Below, one piece after another: positions 1 through 7,924 of a DNA stretch of 60,712 nt. The stretch comes from Candidatus Nomurabacteria bacterium (GTDB lineage: Bacteria > Patescibacteriota > Minisyncoccia > Phycocordibacterales > SBAW01): the NCBI GenBank assembly GCA_943356415.1, contig CALREW010000001.1, forward strand, positions 289,900 to 350,611. Direction: 5' to 3'. The position numbers and the translations under genes are program-made. The first letter of the stretch is position 1, and each line of letters opens with the position of its first letter. The notes beneath the pieces are model-generated. The model was not told the origin of the DNA. It saw only the letters and a list, made by a program, of their open reading frames with translations, and made no database searches.

Positions 1-1
1 T

Positions 2-352
2 CCCAGGGAAATTCAGGAGCTGAAAGCTTCCACGGAGGCACTCAAGGCGGTCGACGCGCCTCTGAACTCCATGTTCCAGAGGACCGTGTCGGTCCTCCAG
101 GTACAGCAGAGGCTGCTCACCCTGCTCGCCACCCCCCAAGCGGGTGCGCCGATCAACGTGCGCCTGGAGATTGTCCAGCAGTGCATGTACGCGGCCTACG
201 CTCTCGGAACGCTGGTCGAGACGTGGATGCTCTCGGTCACGAACGTGCTGAGTGCTCAACGGGACCAACGAGTTGCCCACGAAGTCAGTGCGGAGCTCGA
301 CGCGCTGATTCAAAGTCGGCGCCAGAACCCAGGATCAGACACGCTGACCTGA
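2..352 (+). CDS. Hypothetical protein, 5'-partial (frame open to window edge), GC-rich codon usage
   Basis: Frame of ORF 71..352 has no stop back to position 2 (PREIQELKASTEALK...). It is followed by a terminator hairpin. Confidence 0.65.
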   Translation, partial: PREIQELKASTEALKAVDAPLNSMFQRTVSVLQVQQRLLTLLATPQAGAPINVRLEIVQQCMYAAYALGTLVETWMLSVTNVLSAQRDQRVAHEVSAELDALIQSRRQNPGSDTLT

Positions 353-369
353 CTCGGGTACGAATGTGC

Positions 370-410
370 GGAAAAACGGCGGCCCGCCTGTGGCCGCCCG
401 TTTTCCTTTT
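370..410 (+). terminator. Intrinsic terminator
   Basis: GGAAAAACGGCGGCC...GGCCGCCCGTTTTCC imperfect stem followed by TTTT, 18 nt after the stop codon. Confidence 0.7.
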
Positions 411-421
411 GCAAAACTTGT

Positions 422-449
422 TTGACAACTAACTCCCTCGCGCTAGGAT
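422..449 (+). promoter_or_regulatory. Sigma70-type promoter for the thrS leader
   Basis: TTGACA (422-427), 16 bp, TAGGAT (444-449); alternative -10 GATACT at 447-452. Confidence 0.7.
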
Positions 450-459
450 ACTGATTACA

Positions 460-640
460 GTGATTGTGGCGTCTACCAAACGCCAGTCCACATCGGACGC
501 TTCGGCCTAAGCTGTAACAATGAGAGCCGCGATTCTTTAAAGACAGCGCGGAAACTCGGTGGAACCACGGTCTCTGTAAGGAGAAGATCGTCCGAGTGAA
601 GATGTGACCCATGTCGTGTCTTCGCTCGGACGTTTTTATT
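460..640 (+). ncRNA. T-box riboswitch (Thr specifier ACC) with antiterminator and intrinsic terminator
   Basis: T-box sequence CTCGG-TGGAACC-ACG (555-568) pairs with CGT-CCGAG (589-596). The mutually exclusive terminator is CGTCCGAGTGAAGA...TCTTCGCTCGGACG-TTTTT (589-637). Stem III-like hairpin at 528-550 is preceded by AATGAGAG. Hairpin TGGCGT-ctACCaa-ACGCCA (467-485) displays a Thr codon. The element lies directly upstream of thrS. Confidence 0.85.
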
Positions 641-654
641 TATCTGAAATCACT

Positions 655-2388
655 ATGGCCTCACTTGAACACATCCGTCATTCCCTCGCCCACCTCCTGG
701 CCACGGCCGTGCTCGAGCACGATACTGGCGCCAAACTCGCTATTGGCCCTGTTATCGATACGGGCTTCTATTACGATATCCAATTTTCTTCAGGATTCTC
801 CGACGAGCACCTACCGAAAATTGAGGCGCGCATGCGCGAACTTGTTGGAAGCAAACTCCCTTTTGAGCGCATCGACGCAACTCCTGCGCAAGCTCGCGAA
901 CAGTTCAAAGACCAACCCTTCAAGCTTGAACTTATCGATGAGTTAGAAAAAGATGGTTCGGCCATAAGTCTCTATCAGACCGGCTCGTTCATAGATCTCT
1001 GTCGCGGCGGCCATGTAGACAACACGCAAGAAATCCCTGGCGATGCGTTCAAACTCGATAAGATTGCAGGAGCATACTGGCGCGGTGACTCTTCTCGAGA
1101 AATGCTCACTCGTATTTATGGACTCGCCTTCTCGTCTAAAGAAGAGCTCGACTGGTATATCGAAAAACGAGAAGAGGCCCTCAAGCGGGACCACCGCAAG
1201 CTTGGTCGTGAACTAGACCTCTTTACCTTCTCTGACCTTGTTGGCTCGGGTCTTCCTCTGTTTACCCCACGCGGCACGGTGTTGCGCGAAGAGATAAACA
1301 CGTTCAGTCAGAAACTGCGCGAGAAACGCGGATATCAAAAAGTGTGGATACCCCATATCACCAAAAAAGATCTCTACGAAACTTCGGGACATTGGGCAAA
1401 GTTTGGCGACGAACTCTTCTTGGTAAAAAGCCAAGAGACGAGCGACCAGTTGGTGATGAAGCCCATGAACTGCCCGCACCACCAACAGATTTACGCTTCG
1501 CAAAAGCGCAGTTACCGCGACTTGCCGATCAAGTATCTCGAGACCACGACCATTTACCGCGACGAGAAAGCAGGCGAACTACTTGGACTCTCGCGCGTAC
1601 GCTCCATCACTCAAGATGACAGCCATGTTTTCTGCACGCCCGAGCAACTCACCGAGGTATACGGAGAGGTGCTCGACGTCGTAAAAGAATTCTACGCAAC
1701 GCTCAAGATGCCCCTACGCATCCGCCTCTCCTTCTGCGACCCAAACAAGCCAGAGAATTATCTTGGTGAAGAATCACTCTGGCAGAAGGCTGAGGATATT
1801 CTGCGCGAGACTGCAACCGGTGCCGGCCTCGACTTCTACGAAGCGCCCGGTGAAGCAGCCTTCTATGGTCCAAAGATAGACTTCATGGCCACCGACTCTA
1901 TTGGTCGCGAGTGGCAGGTCGCTACCGGTCAACTGGATTTCGTACAACCTGCTCGTTTCGAAATCACCTATACCGACAAAGATGGTACGGAGAAAACTCC
2001 TATCATGATCCACTTTGCGGTGGCGGGTTCACTCGAACGTTTCCTCTCGGTGTACATTGAGCACACCGCGGGTAACTTCCCGCTCTGGCTTGCGCCACTA
2101 CAAGTTACCGTTCTTCCAGTCGGCGAAGCACATCACGCGTACGCGAAAGAAGTCACTGAAGCGCTTCGTGAAAAAGGGATGCGTGTTGAACTCTCCCTCG
2201 ATGACTCGCTCGGTAAACGCATCCGTGCTGCAAAAGTAATGAAAGTCCCTTATGTACTCGTGCTCGGCGACAAAGAGCTTGAAGCGCGCACCGTCACTCT
2301 CGAGAGCCGCGACAGAGGAAACCTTGGTGCCATTCCCCTTGCTGAAGCACTCTCACAGTTAAGAGACGAGGTAGAGACCCGAGCCTAG
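655..2388 (+). CDS. thrS: Threonyl-tRNA synthetase (no N-terminal TGS domain)
   Basis: RHSLAH editing motif, DLCRGGHV, RDHRKLG, KPMNCP, GEAAFYGPKID, QLDF, GSLERF. Start moved to ATG 655 because 604-654 lies inside the terminator. Confidence 0.98.
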   Translation: MASLEHIRHSLAHLLATAVLEHDTGAKLAIGPVIDTGFYYDIQFSSGFSDEHLPKIEARMRELVGSKLPFERIDATPAQAREQFKDQPFKLELIDELEKDGSAISLYQTGSFIDLCRGGHVDNTQEIPGDAFKLDKIAGAYWRGDSSREMLTRIYGLAFSSKEELDWYIEKREEALKRDHRKLGRELDLFTFSDLVGSGLPLFTPRGTVLREEINTFSQKLREKRGYQKVWIPHITKKDLYETSGHWAKFGDELFLVKSQETSDQLVMKPMNCPHHQQIYASQKRSYRDLPIKYLETTTIYRDEKAGELLGLSRVRSITQDDSHVFCTPEQLTEVYGEVLDVVKEFYATLKMPLRIRLSFCDPNKPENYLGEESLWQKAEDILRETATGAGLDFYEAPGEAAFYGPKIDFMATDSIGREWQVATGQLDFVQPARFEITYTDKDGTEKTPIMIHFAVAGSLERFLSVYIEHTAGNFPLWLAPLQVTVLPVGEAHHAYAKEVTEALREKGMRVELSLDDSLGKRIRAAKVMKVPYVLVLGDKELEARTVTLESRDRGNLGAIPLAEALSQLRDEVETRA

Positions 2389-2389
2389 A

Positions 2390-2423
2390 AAACAAAATCC
2401 CCGCATAAGCGGGGATTTTGTTT
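2390..2423. terminator. Bidirectional intrinsic terminator
   Basis: Perfect AAACAAAATCCCCGC-ataa-GCGGGGATTTTGTTT between convergent genes. Confidence 0.9.
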
Positions 2424-2439
2424 GGTATCTTATTTATTT

Positions 2440-4104
2440 TTACAGCATCGTTGCACGGTGTATCTGCGAGAGGATGAAATCATCCGCATGACCAACCGTA
2501 CGCTTTACCGCCGCAACTGCTGCAGTTACTGGCACTGCAACTTCATGCACTATCTCTGCAACCGTGTCTCCAACCGCGTGTTCGGTTGCAGCAATTTTCT
2601 CACTGAGCACTGAACCCTTTACGCCAAGCGCCTTAACGAGGGCGATTTTTGCAGAGGTGTATTCAGACCCATAGGAGCGATCGACTGCAGAAGCCAGCGC
2701 ATCGATAAGCTTCTCTACTTCACTGTTGCTCATCGAAGAGATGGCTGCGGCCGTGTGCTCGTTTGGCGTACCAGTATTGTCGATGCGGCAACGGTAGGCG
2801 TTATCAAGCTCACACACCGTCTTGGTCATGAAGTCTTCAGCAGATTTCTGCGTAACGCGAAGATTGCGGAGGAAGTCGAATGCTTTTTCACTCTGACCGT
2901 TTGCAATCCAGCTAATGAAAAGCGGAACTGCAGAAACATAGTCAGACGCCTCCGATGCACGCGACGCAGCAATGCTTACTGGCGTGCGGACAATTGGTTC
3001 CTCAACGCGAGGTGCAACCGGTGCAGTGCGGACAGGTGCCGTGTATGCAGGACGCTCCGTTGCAAGCGTAGAGCGCATCACCTTAATAGGAGACGGCGTC
3101 ACGCTTGAGACGTGGGTCATAGCAGATGCGTGTGTGTCGTGCTCATCTTCTGCAGCATCGAAGTGCGGCACGGTTACAGCTGAACTGCCGTTTATGTATT
3201 GCTCAACAAAACGCATCGGAAGGCGCTTTACGGCAACGAGATAGGCAACGACTGCAGAGAACGCAATGAGGAACATCCAGAAGAGTGCAACGCCAAGCGG
3301 ACCTGCTTCATACCCGGTATATGGTATTTGGCTCAGTGTCACGAATGCGAGTGGCTGCTCTCCCGGTTTATGGAAGAGAAAAACGTTTGGCGAATTGAGA
3401 CCGCCACCGCAACTAGAGCCGGAGCACGGCGGAGGGGTGCAGCTAGAGCCCGAGCACGGAGGGGTACAACTTGAACCAACGCAAGGTACCGAGCTCAGCG
3501 TAATAGTTGCAGCACAGTTAACCGTACCAGCGGGGCCAGTAAAGGTTGCAGTGTAAGTAGTCGTAGCATTTACCGTAACGGTTTGAGAACCGTTCGTTGC
3601 AATTGCTCCACCTGGTGAAAGTGTTGCACCAGTTGCACCCGTGCTCGTCCACGTAAGTGTCGCCGTTCCACCTGGAGCAACAATGCTTGCTGAAGGCGTA
3701 AGCGTACAAATAATGCCTGGAGGAGGCGGAACACAGTTACCGCTCGAGTCGATGATAAGACCTGCGGGCACCGAGGACTGCACACCTGCGATATTCGGAC
3801 AGTAGTCCGGAGGAGGAGGCGGGGGTGGGGGCGGAGGAGGCGGGGGTGGAGCGCCGCCACCACCGGAGTCACCACCACCTCCACCGCCAGTATCACCACC
3901 ACCGCAACAACCACCACCGTCACCGCCACCAGCGCCGTCGCCACCGCCGTCGCCACCAAAGGCCTGTGCGGTCGATGTTTCAAAACCAAACATGGGCGCA
4001 ACCGTGCGATCAACAACGACAAAAGCCACGAGAGCAAAAAGTGCTATCGCGAAAGTAAGGCCGAGGGCCTTAAAAATGAGTGTTGAATGGCTCTGTGCGG
4101 TCAT
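2440..4104 (-). CDS. Surface protein: signal peptide, Gly-rich and poly-Pro linkers, Cys-containing Ig-like segment, IPYTG motif + TM helix, C-terminal cytoplasmic domain
   Basis: Start at MTAQ (4104), since the promoter -10 overlaps the upstream ATG. Contains GGDGGG tract, P14 tract, DYCPNIAGVQ motif, SQIPYTG followed by a hydrophobic helix and KR. Confidence 0.8.
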   Translation of the reverse strand: MTAQSHSTLIFKALGLTFAIALFALVAFVVVDRTVAPMFGFETSTAQAFGGDGGGDGAGGGDGGGCCGGGDTGGGGGGDSGGGGAPPPPPPPPPPPPPPDYCPNIAGVQSSVPAGLIIDSSGNCVPPPPGIICTLTPSASIVAPGGTATLTWTSTGATGATLSPGGAIATNGSQTVTVNATTTYTATFTGPAGTVNCAATITLSSVPCVGSSCTPPCSGSSCTPPPCSGSSCGGGLNSPNVFLFHKPGEQPLAFVTLSQIPYTGYEAGPLGVALFWMFLIAFSAVVAYLVAVKRLPMRFVEQYINGSSAVTVPHFDAAEDEHDTHASAMTHVSSVTPSPIKVMRSTLATERPAYTAPVRTAPVAPRVEEPIVRTPVSIAASRASEASDYVSAVPLFISWIANGQSEKAFDFLRNLRVTQKSAEDFMTKTVCELDNAYRCRIDNTGTPNEHTAAAISSMSNSEVEKLIDALASAVDRSYGSEYTSAKIALVKALGVKGSVLSEKIAATEHAVGDTVAEIVHEVAVPVTAAVAAVKRTVGHADDFILSQIHRATML

Positions 4105-4129
4105 AATGCGGCGTGTGATTAACGAGACC

Positions 4130-4158
4130 ATAATATCAGGCTTAATAAGAAATGTCAA
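4130..4158 (-). promoter_or_regulatory. Sigma70-type promoter
   Basis: TTGACA-17 bp-TATTAT on minus strand, about 20 nt leader before ATG 4104. Confidence 0.8.
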
Positions 4159-4225
4159 TACCCTGCCCGGTTCATTCTTCACTACTACAAATACCACTCT
4201 GAGCATGAATTACTAGTGAAAATGG

Positions 4226-4280
4226 AAAAGGCGCCGACTCGAAAGTCGGCGCCCTTCGCCCGCGGCCCCCGAAGGGGCCG
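4226..4280 (-). terminator. Intrinsic terminator plus a second hairpin ending the lipoprotein island
   Basis: Minus strand CGGCCCC-TTCG-GGGGCCG, then GGCGCCGACT-TTCG-AGTCGGCGCC-TTTT. Both loops are UUCG tetraloops. Confidence 0.8.
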
Positions 4281-4285
4281 ATACT

Positions 4286-4912
4286 TCAACTCACGCCCAT
4301 CACCTCCTTGCGGAGCTTCAGGCATTCGCCTTGGCAGAGGATCTCATCATAGATGCAGTAGCCCTGCAGCGTGATGATCCTGAGCGACCAGTTCGAGCAC
4401 ACGTGGGGCCGGAACAGCACATAGAGTGTGCCATCCCTGTCACGGAACTCGTACCAGTCGGCCTGGCGCGTCTGGTCCGCCCGCCAGTGCTCAACGCCGG
4501 AGACAACGTTCGGCAGCACCACGCCATCCGCGTAGACCATGTTGGTCGAGCGGAAGTTCGGCGGGATGGGAGCGACGTCGTTGGGTCCAGCCTGAACCCG
4601 AGCGAGCAGGCCTGCAGTGACGCGAGCGCGCTTGGCGTCGTCCGGGATAAGCCCGCGATGGAGGAGCTTGCTCAGAGCCAGCTCCACTCCACGGTTTCCG
4701 AACGGTGCCACGTTGGCCGCATTCCAGCAGGTCTCCTTCTTGGGGTCACACTTGTCACCCGGCTTGGCAGTGTTCACCGCCAAACCGGACTCGTTCATCG
4801 AGGCGGCAGAAGGCATAGGAGCCCGCTGTCCGCCCGTCGTCTGCGATGGCAGGCATCCCGCCGCGAGCAAGCCCGCGACGAGGAGTGCCGCCAGTTGCGG
4901 TATCAAACGCAT
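4286..4912 (-). CDS. Putative lipoprotein, unknown function, Cys-rich C-terminus
   Basis: Hydrophobic leader ending LAAGC (lipobox); AGGAGG Shine-Dalgarno upstream; GC-rich. Confidence 0.75.
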   Translation of the reverse strand: MRLIPQLAALLVAGLLAAGCLPSQTTGGQRAPMPSAASMNESGLAVNTAKPGDKCDPKKETCWNAANVAPFGNRGVELALSKLLHRGLIPDDAKRARVTAGLLARVQAGPNDVAPIPPNFRSTNMVYADGVVLPNVVSGVEHWRADQTRQADWYEFRDRDGTLYVLFRPHVCSNWSLRIITLQGYCIYDEILCQGECLKLRKEVMGVS

Positions 4913-4924
4913 GTCTTGCCTCCT

Positions 4925-5749
4925 CTAGCTGGTGTACTTGCTGCCGGACGGCGGCGGAAGGACGATCGGTTTCGGCGTCTGGTGGTTCTGCTGCGGCACG
5001 GCGCCGAACAGGATCCACTTACCGCCATTCTTGATCGCCTCGCCCACTCGGGTGTAGCCCGGCCAGTTGCCCGGCAGGCCACACGAAGTGTTCTTCCAAC
5101 CGCTACGCGGACCGATGTCGAGCTTCGGAGCTTCGACATCGATACTCCAGGTGGCGCAAGCCAGGACCTGGGGGAAGCCTTCGAGAATCGCCCTCGGAAG
5201 GACGAAGCTCACCTGGCCAAGGTGTTCACCGCCGCGAAGCGGAAGACGGACGCGGATCTCGTTGGACGAGACGCGTTCGACTTTGGCATACCCGCGGCAG
5301 ATGCCGTCGCGGATGCCCGGAGGCTGGTTAGGCGCCGTGCCGGTGAGGTACGGGACCTCGTCCGGAGCGCCGGCGGCGTTAACGCCGAGAATCGTGAACA
5401 CGATCTCGGCATCGGCGCCGTCGTAGCGCGGCACGTGGCCGTCCTTCACGTCCCTGTAGAGGGGCATGAGGTAGTCGCCCGCCGGCGTACGATTGTCCAG
5501 GTGCTCGAGGGCGCGAGCGTTCCGATTCGGCGTCAGGACGTCGAAGCGGAACAAGCCGTTGATGCCTTCGAGCGAGAAGCGCTCGCCGACCCGGCAAGCC
5601 GGGACAGGCATCGGCGTCTTCATCGCCACGGCAGTGACGCCGCGGTTCGACCCAGACAGGGTCGATATCGCGTCGCCCGCTGTGGTGTTGCACGCAGAAA
5701 GCGAGCCTGCCAGCCCGAGGGCCAGCAGTAGGATTCGGATGATGTGCAT
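4925..5749 (-). CDS. Putative lipoprotein, unknown function
   Basis: Leader ending LSAC (lipobox); purine-rich RBS-like AAGAAGGG upstream; own promoter. Confidence 0.75.
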   Translation of the reverse strand: MHIIRILLLALGLAGSLSACNTTAGDAISTLSGSNRGVTAVAMKTPMPVPACRVGERFSLEGINGLFRFDVLTPNRNARALEHLDNRTPAGDYLMPLYRDVKDGHVPRYDGADAEIVFTILGVNAAGAPDEVPYLTGTAPNQPPGIRDGICRGYAKVERVSSNEIRVRLPLRGGEHLGQVSFVLPRAILEGFPQVLACATWSIDVEAPKLDIGPRSGWKNTSCGLPGNWPGYTRVGEAIKNGGKWILFGAVPQQNHQTPKPIVLPPPSGSKYTS

Positions 5750-5841
5750 CGCGCGGTTTCCCTTCTTGGAGTTGTGTGCCGCGGCGCGGCACTGGTGTGG
5801 AATGGTTGAACGTTAGAGTTGAAGTCAAAGAGTCCTTCAAA

Positions 5842-5871
5842 ATTATACACTATAAAAATACTCTTTGTCAA
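5842..5871 (-). promoter_or_regulatory. Consensus sigma70 promoter for the two-lipoprotein operon
   Basis: TTGACA (5871-5866), 18 bp, TATAAT (5847-5842), in an AT-rich patch. Confidence 0.8.
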
Positions 5872-5896
5872 GAGTAGCTAAAATCGTGACTCAGGT

Positions 5897-5930
5897 ACGA
5901 AAAACGGCCGCCCGGAGGCGGCCGTTTCGT
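5897..5930 (-). terminator. Intrinsic terminator
   Basis: ACGAAACGGCCGCC-tccg-GGCGGCCGTTTTTCGT on minus strand just after the 5953 stop. Confidence 0.8.
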
Positions 5931-5952
5931 CGAAGGTTTGCCGTGAGACCGA

Positions 5953-7011
5953 TCAGGTCTTCGGCGGCGTTGTCAGCGCCGGAGGCGGAGCAGCCGGAGT
6001 CGGCGTCGGCGCAGGCGGGGTTGCCGCAGGCGCAGGCGTCGGCGCAGGTGCCGGAGCCGTCGTGACCGGCGGTGCGGTCGGCGTCGGCGCAGGCGTCGGC
6101 GTCACCGTCGGCTGGGGAGCCGGGGTGGGAGCAGGCGCAGGTGCCGGAGCCGGAGCCGTCGTGACCGGCGGAGCAGCCGGCGTCGGCGTCGGCGCAGGCG
6201 GGGTTGCCGCAGGCGCAGGTGCCGGAACCGGAGTCGTAGCCGCCGGAGGAGGCGCAGGCGTCGGCGTCACCGTCGGCTGGGGAGCCGGGGTGGGAGCAGG
6301 CGTCTGCGGGGCGTGACCCGGATTCGGCGAAGCACCCGAGAGCTTGCCGAGGTCGGCAGCCTTGATGATGATGCCGGTGGGGTTGTTGCACCCATCGACA
6401 CCATCCGGCTGACCGTACTTCGGCACGAGGCCGATGAGTTCGGCATACTCGCCCACGATCACGACCACGTACGAGAACAGGACCTTGCGCGAGAAGGTGG
6501 CCTTGATCGGCCCCCACGCACTGCCCTTCCCGTAGCCCTGAATCGCGATGGCGTCGCCGTTGCCGATCATGGTGTGCCGGATACCACCGGCAACCCACTG
6601 ACCTTGCGCAGCAGACACCGTCGGAGCGGCGATGGCACCGCGGTTCCGCAGCAGGCCGAAGCTTTGCTGCGGCTTCGCCGGGTCGGCGAAGACGTGCGGG
6701 TCGCTGCCGACCGTACCCCAATTCTGGAGGTTGGTCGAACGGCCGATCGGGCCGGCGACGCAGTCGGGGGCGAAGGAGTCGACACCCTGGAAGGTGCCGA
6801 TCTTCTTCATCTCCCCCGTGCACTGCCACGCGGGCGCCGTCGGCGTCGGCGGAGTTGTAGCAACCGGACCACTCGTGGTCCGCTGCTCCACCGCACCCGT
6901 GCCCTGACGGGTCGGGTACGGCTCGTTGCCAGCAGGCGGCGACGGCGAACACGCCGTAACCACCAACGCGGCAGCCAACGCGGCTGTCGTCAAGATTTTG
7001 CTGAACTTCAT
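5953..7011 (-). CDS. Putative lipoprotein with repetitive Pro/Thr/Ala C-terminal tail
   Basis: MKFSKILTTAALAAALVVTAC lipobox leader (ATG 7011); about 110-aa PT/PA-repeat tail. Confidence 0.8.
   Translation of the reverse strand: MKFSKILTTAALAAALVVTACSPSPPAGNEPYPTRQGTGAVEQRTTSGPVATTPPTPTAPAWQCTGEMKKIGTFQGVDSFAPDCVAGPIGRSTNLQNWGTVGSDPHVFADPAKPQQSFGLLRNRGAIAAPTVSAAQGQWVAGGIRHTMIGNGDAIAIQGYGKGSAWGPIKATFSRKVLFSYVVVIVGEYAELIGLVPKYGQPDGVDGCNNPTGIIIKAADLGKLSGASPNPGHAPQTPAPTPAPQPTVTPTPAPPPAATTPVPAPAPAATPPAPTPTPAAPPVTTAPAPAPAPAPTPAPQPTVTPTPAPTPTAPPVTTAPAPAPTPAPAATPPAPTPTPAAPPPALTTPPKT
5975..6310 (-). repeat. Intragenic degenerate tandem repeats (Pro/Thr/Ala)
   Basis: PTPAPQPTVTPTPAP x2, PAPAATPPAPTPTPAAPP x2 and PPVTTAPAPAP x2, with matching nucleotide repeats. 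Confidence 0.85.
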
Positions 7012-7154
7012 GGAAGTATCCTGTTTTCGACGAACGTCATATCTGCAGTTACGGGCGCAGAACTCCCCGTTTGCTCCTTCCAACTTAGGAGCGTTACTCA
7101 AAACTTGTTGGCCGGTCTCGCTTTCCTTTCGCGAAGACCTATCCGACCAGGAAA

Positions 7155-7796
7155 TTAATTCCTGAGCGAATAGCTCTGCACGAACTCAGCCTCAACAACG
7201 AAGCGGTCTCCCTTGTCCGCAAACGAGTTGCAGGTGACAAGCGTAAGACGGCGCGTTCCGTTCTTTGAGAGATCAATTACGCCGTTGTCTACCTTTACGT
7301 ATTTAACGGACGTCACGCGATACTCGTACGCGGTCGTCGCCGAGTACACAGTGACTATCTCCCCCGTCTTCAGTTTCTGAATGTCATTGAACTCTTTGTA
7401 CGCCGGGTTAAGCGTCGTGCGCAGGTAGCTCGAGTGGCCGAAGAGAAGGACGTTGCCGTCTTCATTCAACATCGCCGAACCTGGATAGTGCACGGCACTC
7501 TTCATAAGAGCAGCGTCAAGCACGTGAATGTCCGAGCTCGCCGGATTACCAACGTTGTTATCAAGTTTGATACTCGACGCAACAACGCGCACAGGTTCCT
7601 CCGCAAGTGTTTGTGTCACCGACTCGCCGGCAACTTCACCCACTACGTCGGACTGTACCGAAAGCTCCGGCACTGCACCAATCGTGGCGAGCATGCCGAA
7701 GGAAACAAAAAAGACAGCAAAAAACGTCAAAGAAAATGCTCCTTTGCGCTCCGCAATCAGTCTTAGTATCGTTTTTGTGCTTCCGTTTTGAGCCAT
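7155..7796 (-). CDS. Sortase family protein
   Basis: N-terminal TM; HYPGS, LFGHSS (catalytic His), LTLVTC (catalytic Cys), downstream R in DRFVV. Confidence 0.92.
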   Translation of the reverse strand: MAQNGSTKTILRLIAERKGAFSLTFFAVFFVSFGMLATIGAVPELSVQSDVVGEVAGESVTQTLAEEPVRVVASSIKLDNNVGNPASSDIHVLDAALMKSAVHYPGSAMLNEDGNVLLFGHSSYLRTTLNPAYKEFNDIQKLKTGEIVTVYSATTAYEYRVTSVKYVKVDNGVIDLSKNGTRRLTLVTCNSFADKGDRFVVEAEFVQSYSLRN

Positions 7797-7831
7797 ATCG
7801 TAGGCACAACTGTGCCAAAGCGAACGGCCGC

Positions 7832-7918
7832 ACAGTACATGTAAATAACAGTATTGTCAAGTCTTACGTTTATCCAAATTTCTGGAGTACTTGACAAGTT
7901 TAATAGGTGTGATATTGT
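7832..7918. promoter_or_regulatory. Back-to-back divergent sigma70 promoters
   Basis: Minus: TTGACA(7860-7855)-17-TACTGT(7837-7832). Plus: TTGACA(7891-7896)-16-TATTGT(7913-7918) with TG extension, 6 nt before ATG 7925. Confidence 0.75.
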
Positions 7919-7924
7919 CTTGCC

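Noticed and set aside
604-654. N-terminal extension of ThrS in the ORF track (MTHVVSSLGRFYLSEIT)
   Set aside because: It falls within the T-box terminator and U-tract; ATG 655 begins the recognisable protein
3805-3960. Poly-G/C tracts as a contingency (phase-variation) locus
   Set aside because: Runs are broken by varied codons encoding Pro and Gly; this is in-frame low complexity with no long homopolymer
4331-5731. 466-aa plus-strand ORF, and 5891..6952 on the minus strand
   Set aside because: Shadow frames of GC-rich lipoprotein genes: Arg/Ala-rich, no motifs, and the real frames have lipoboxes, RBS and terminators
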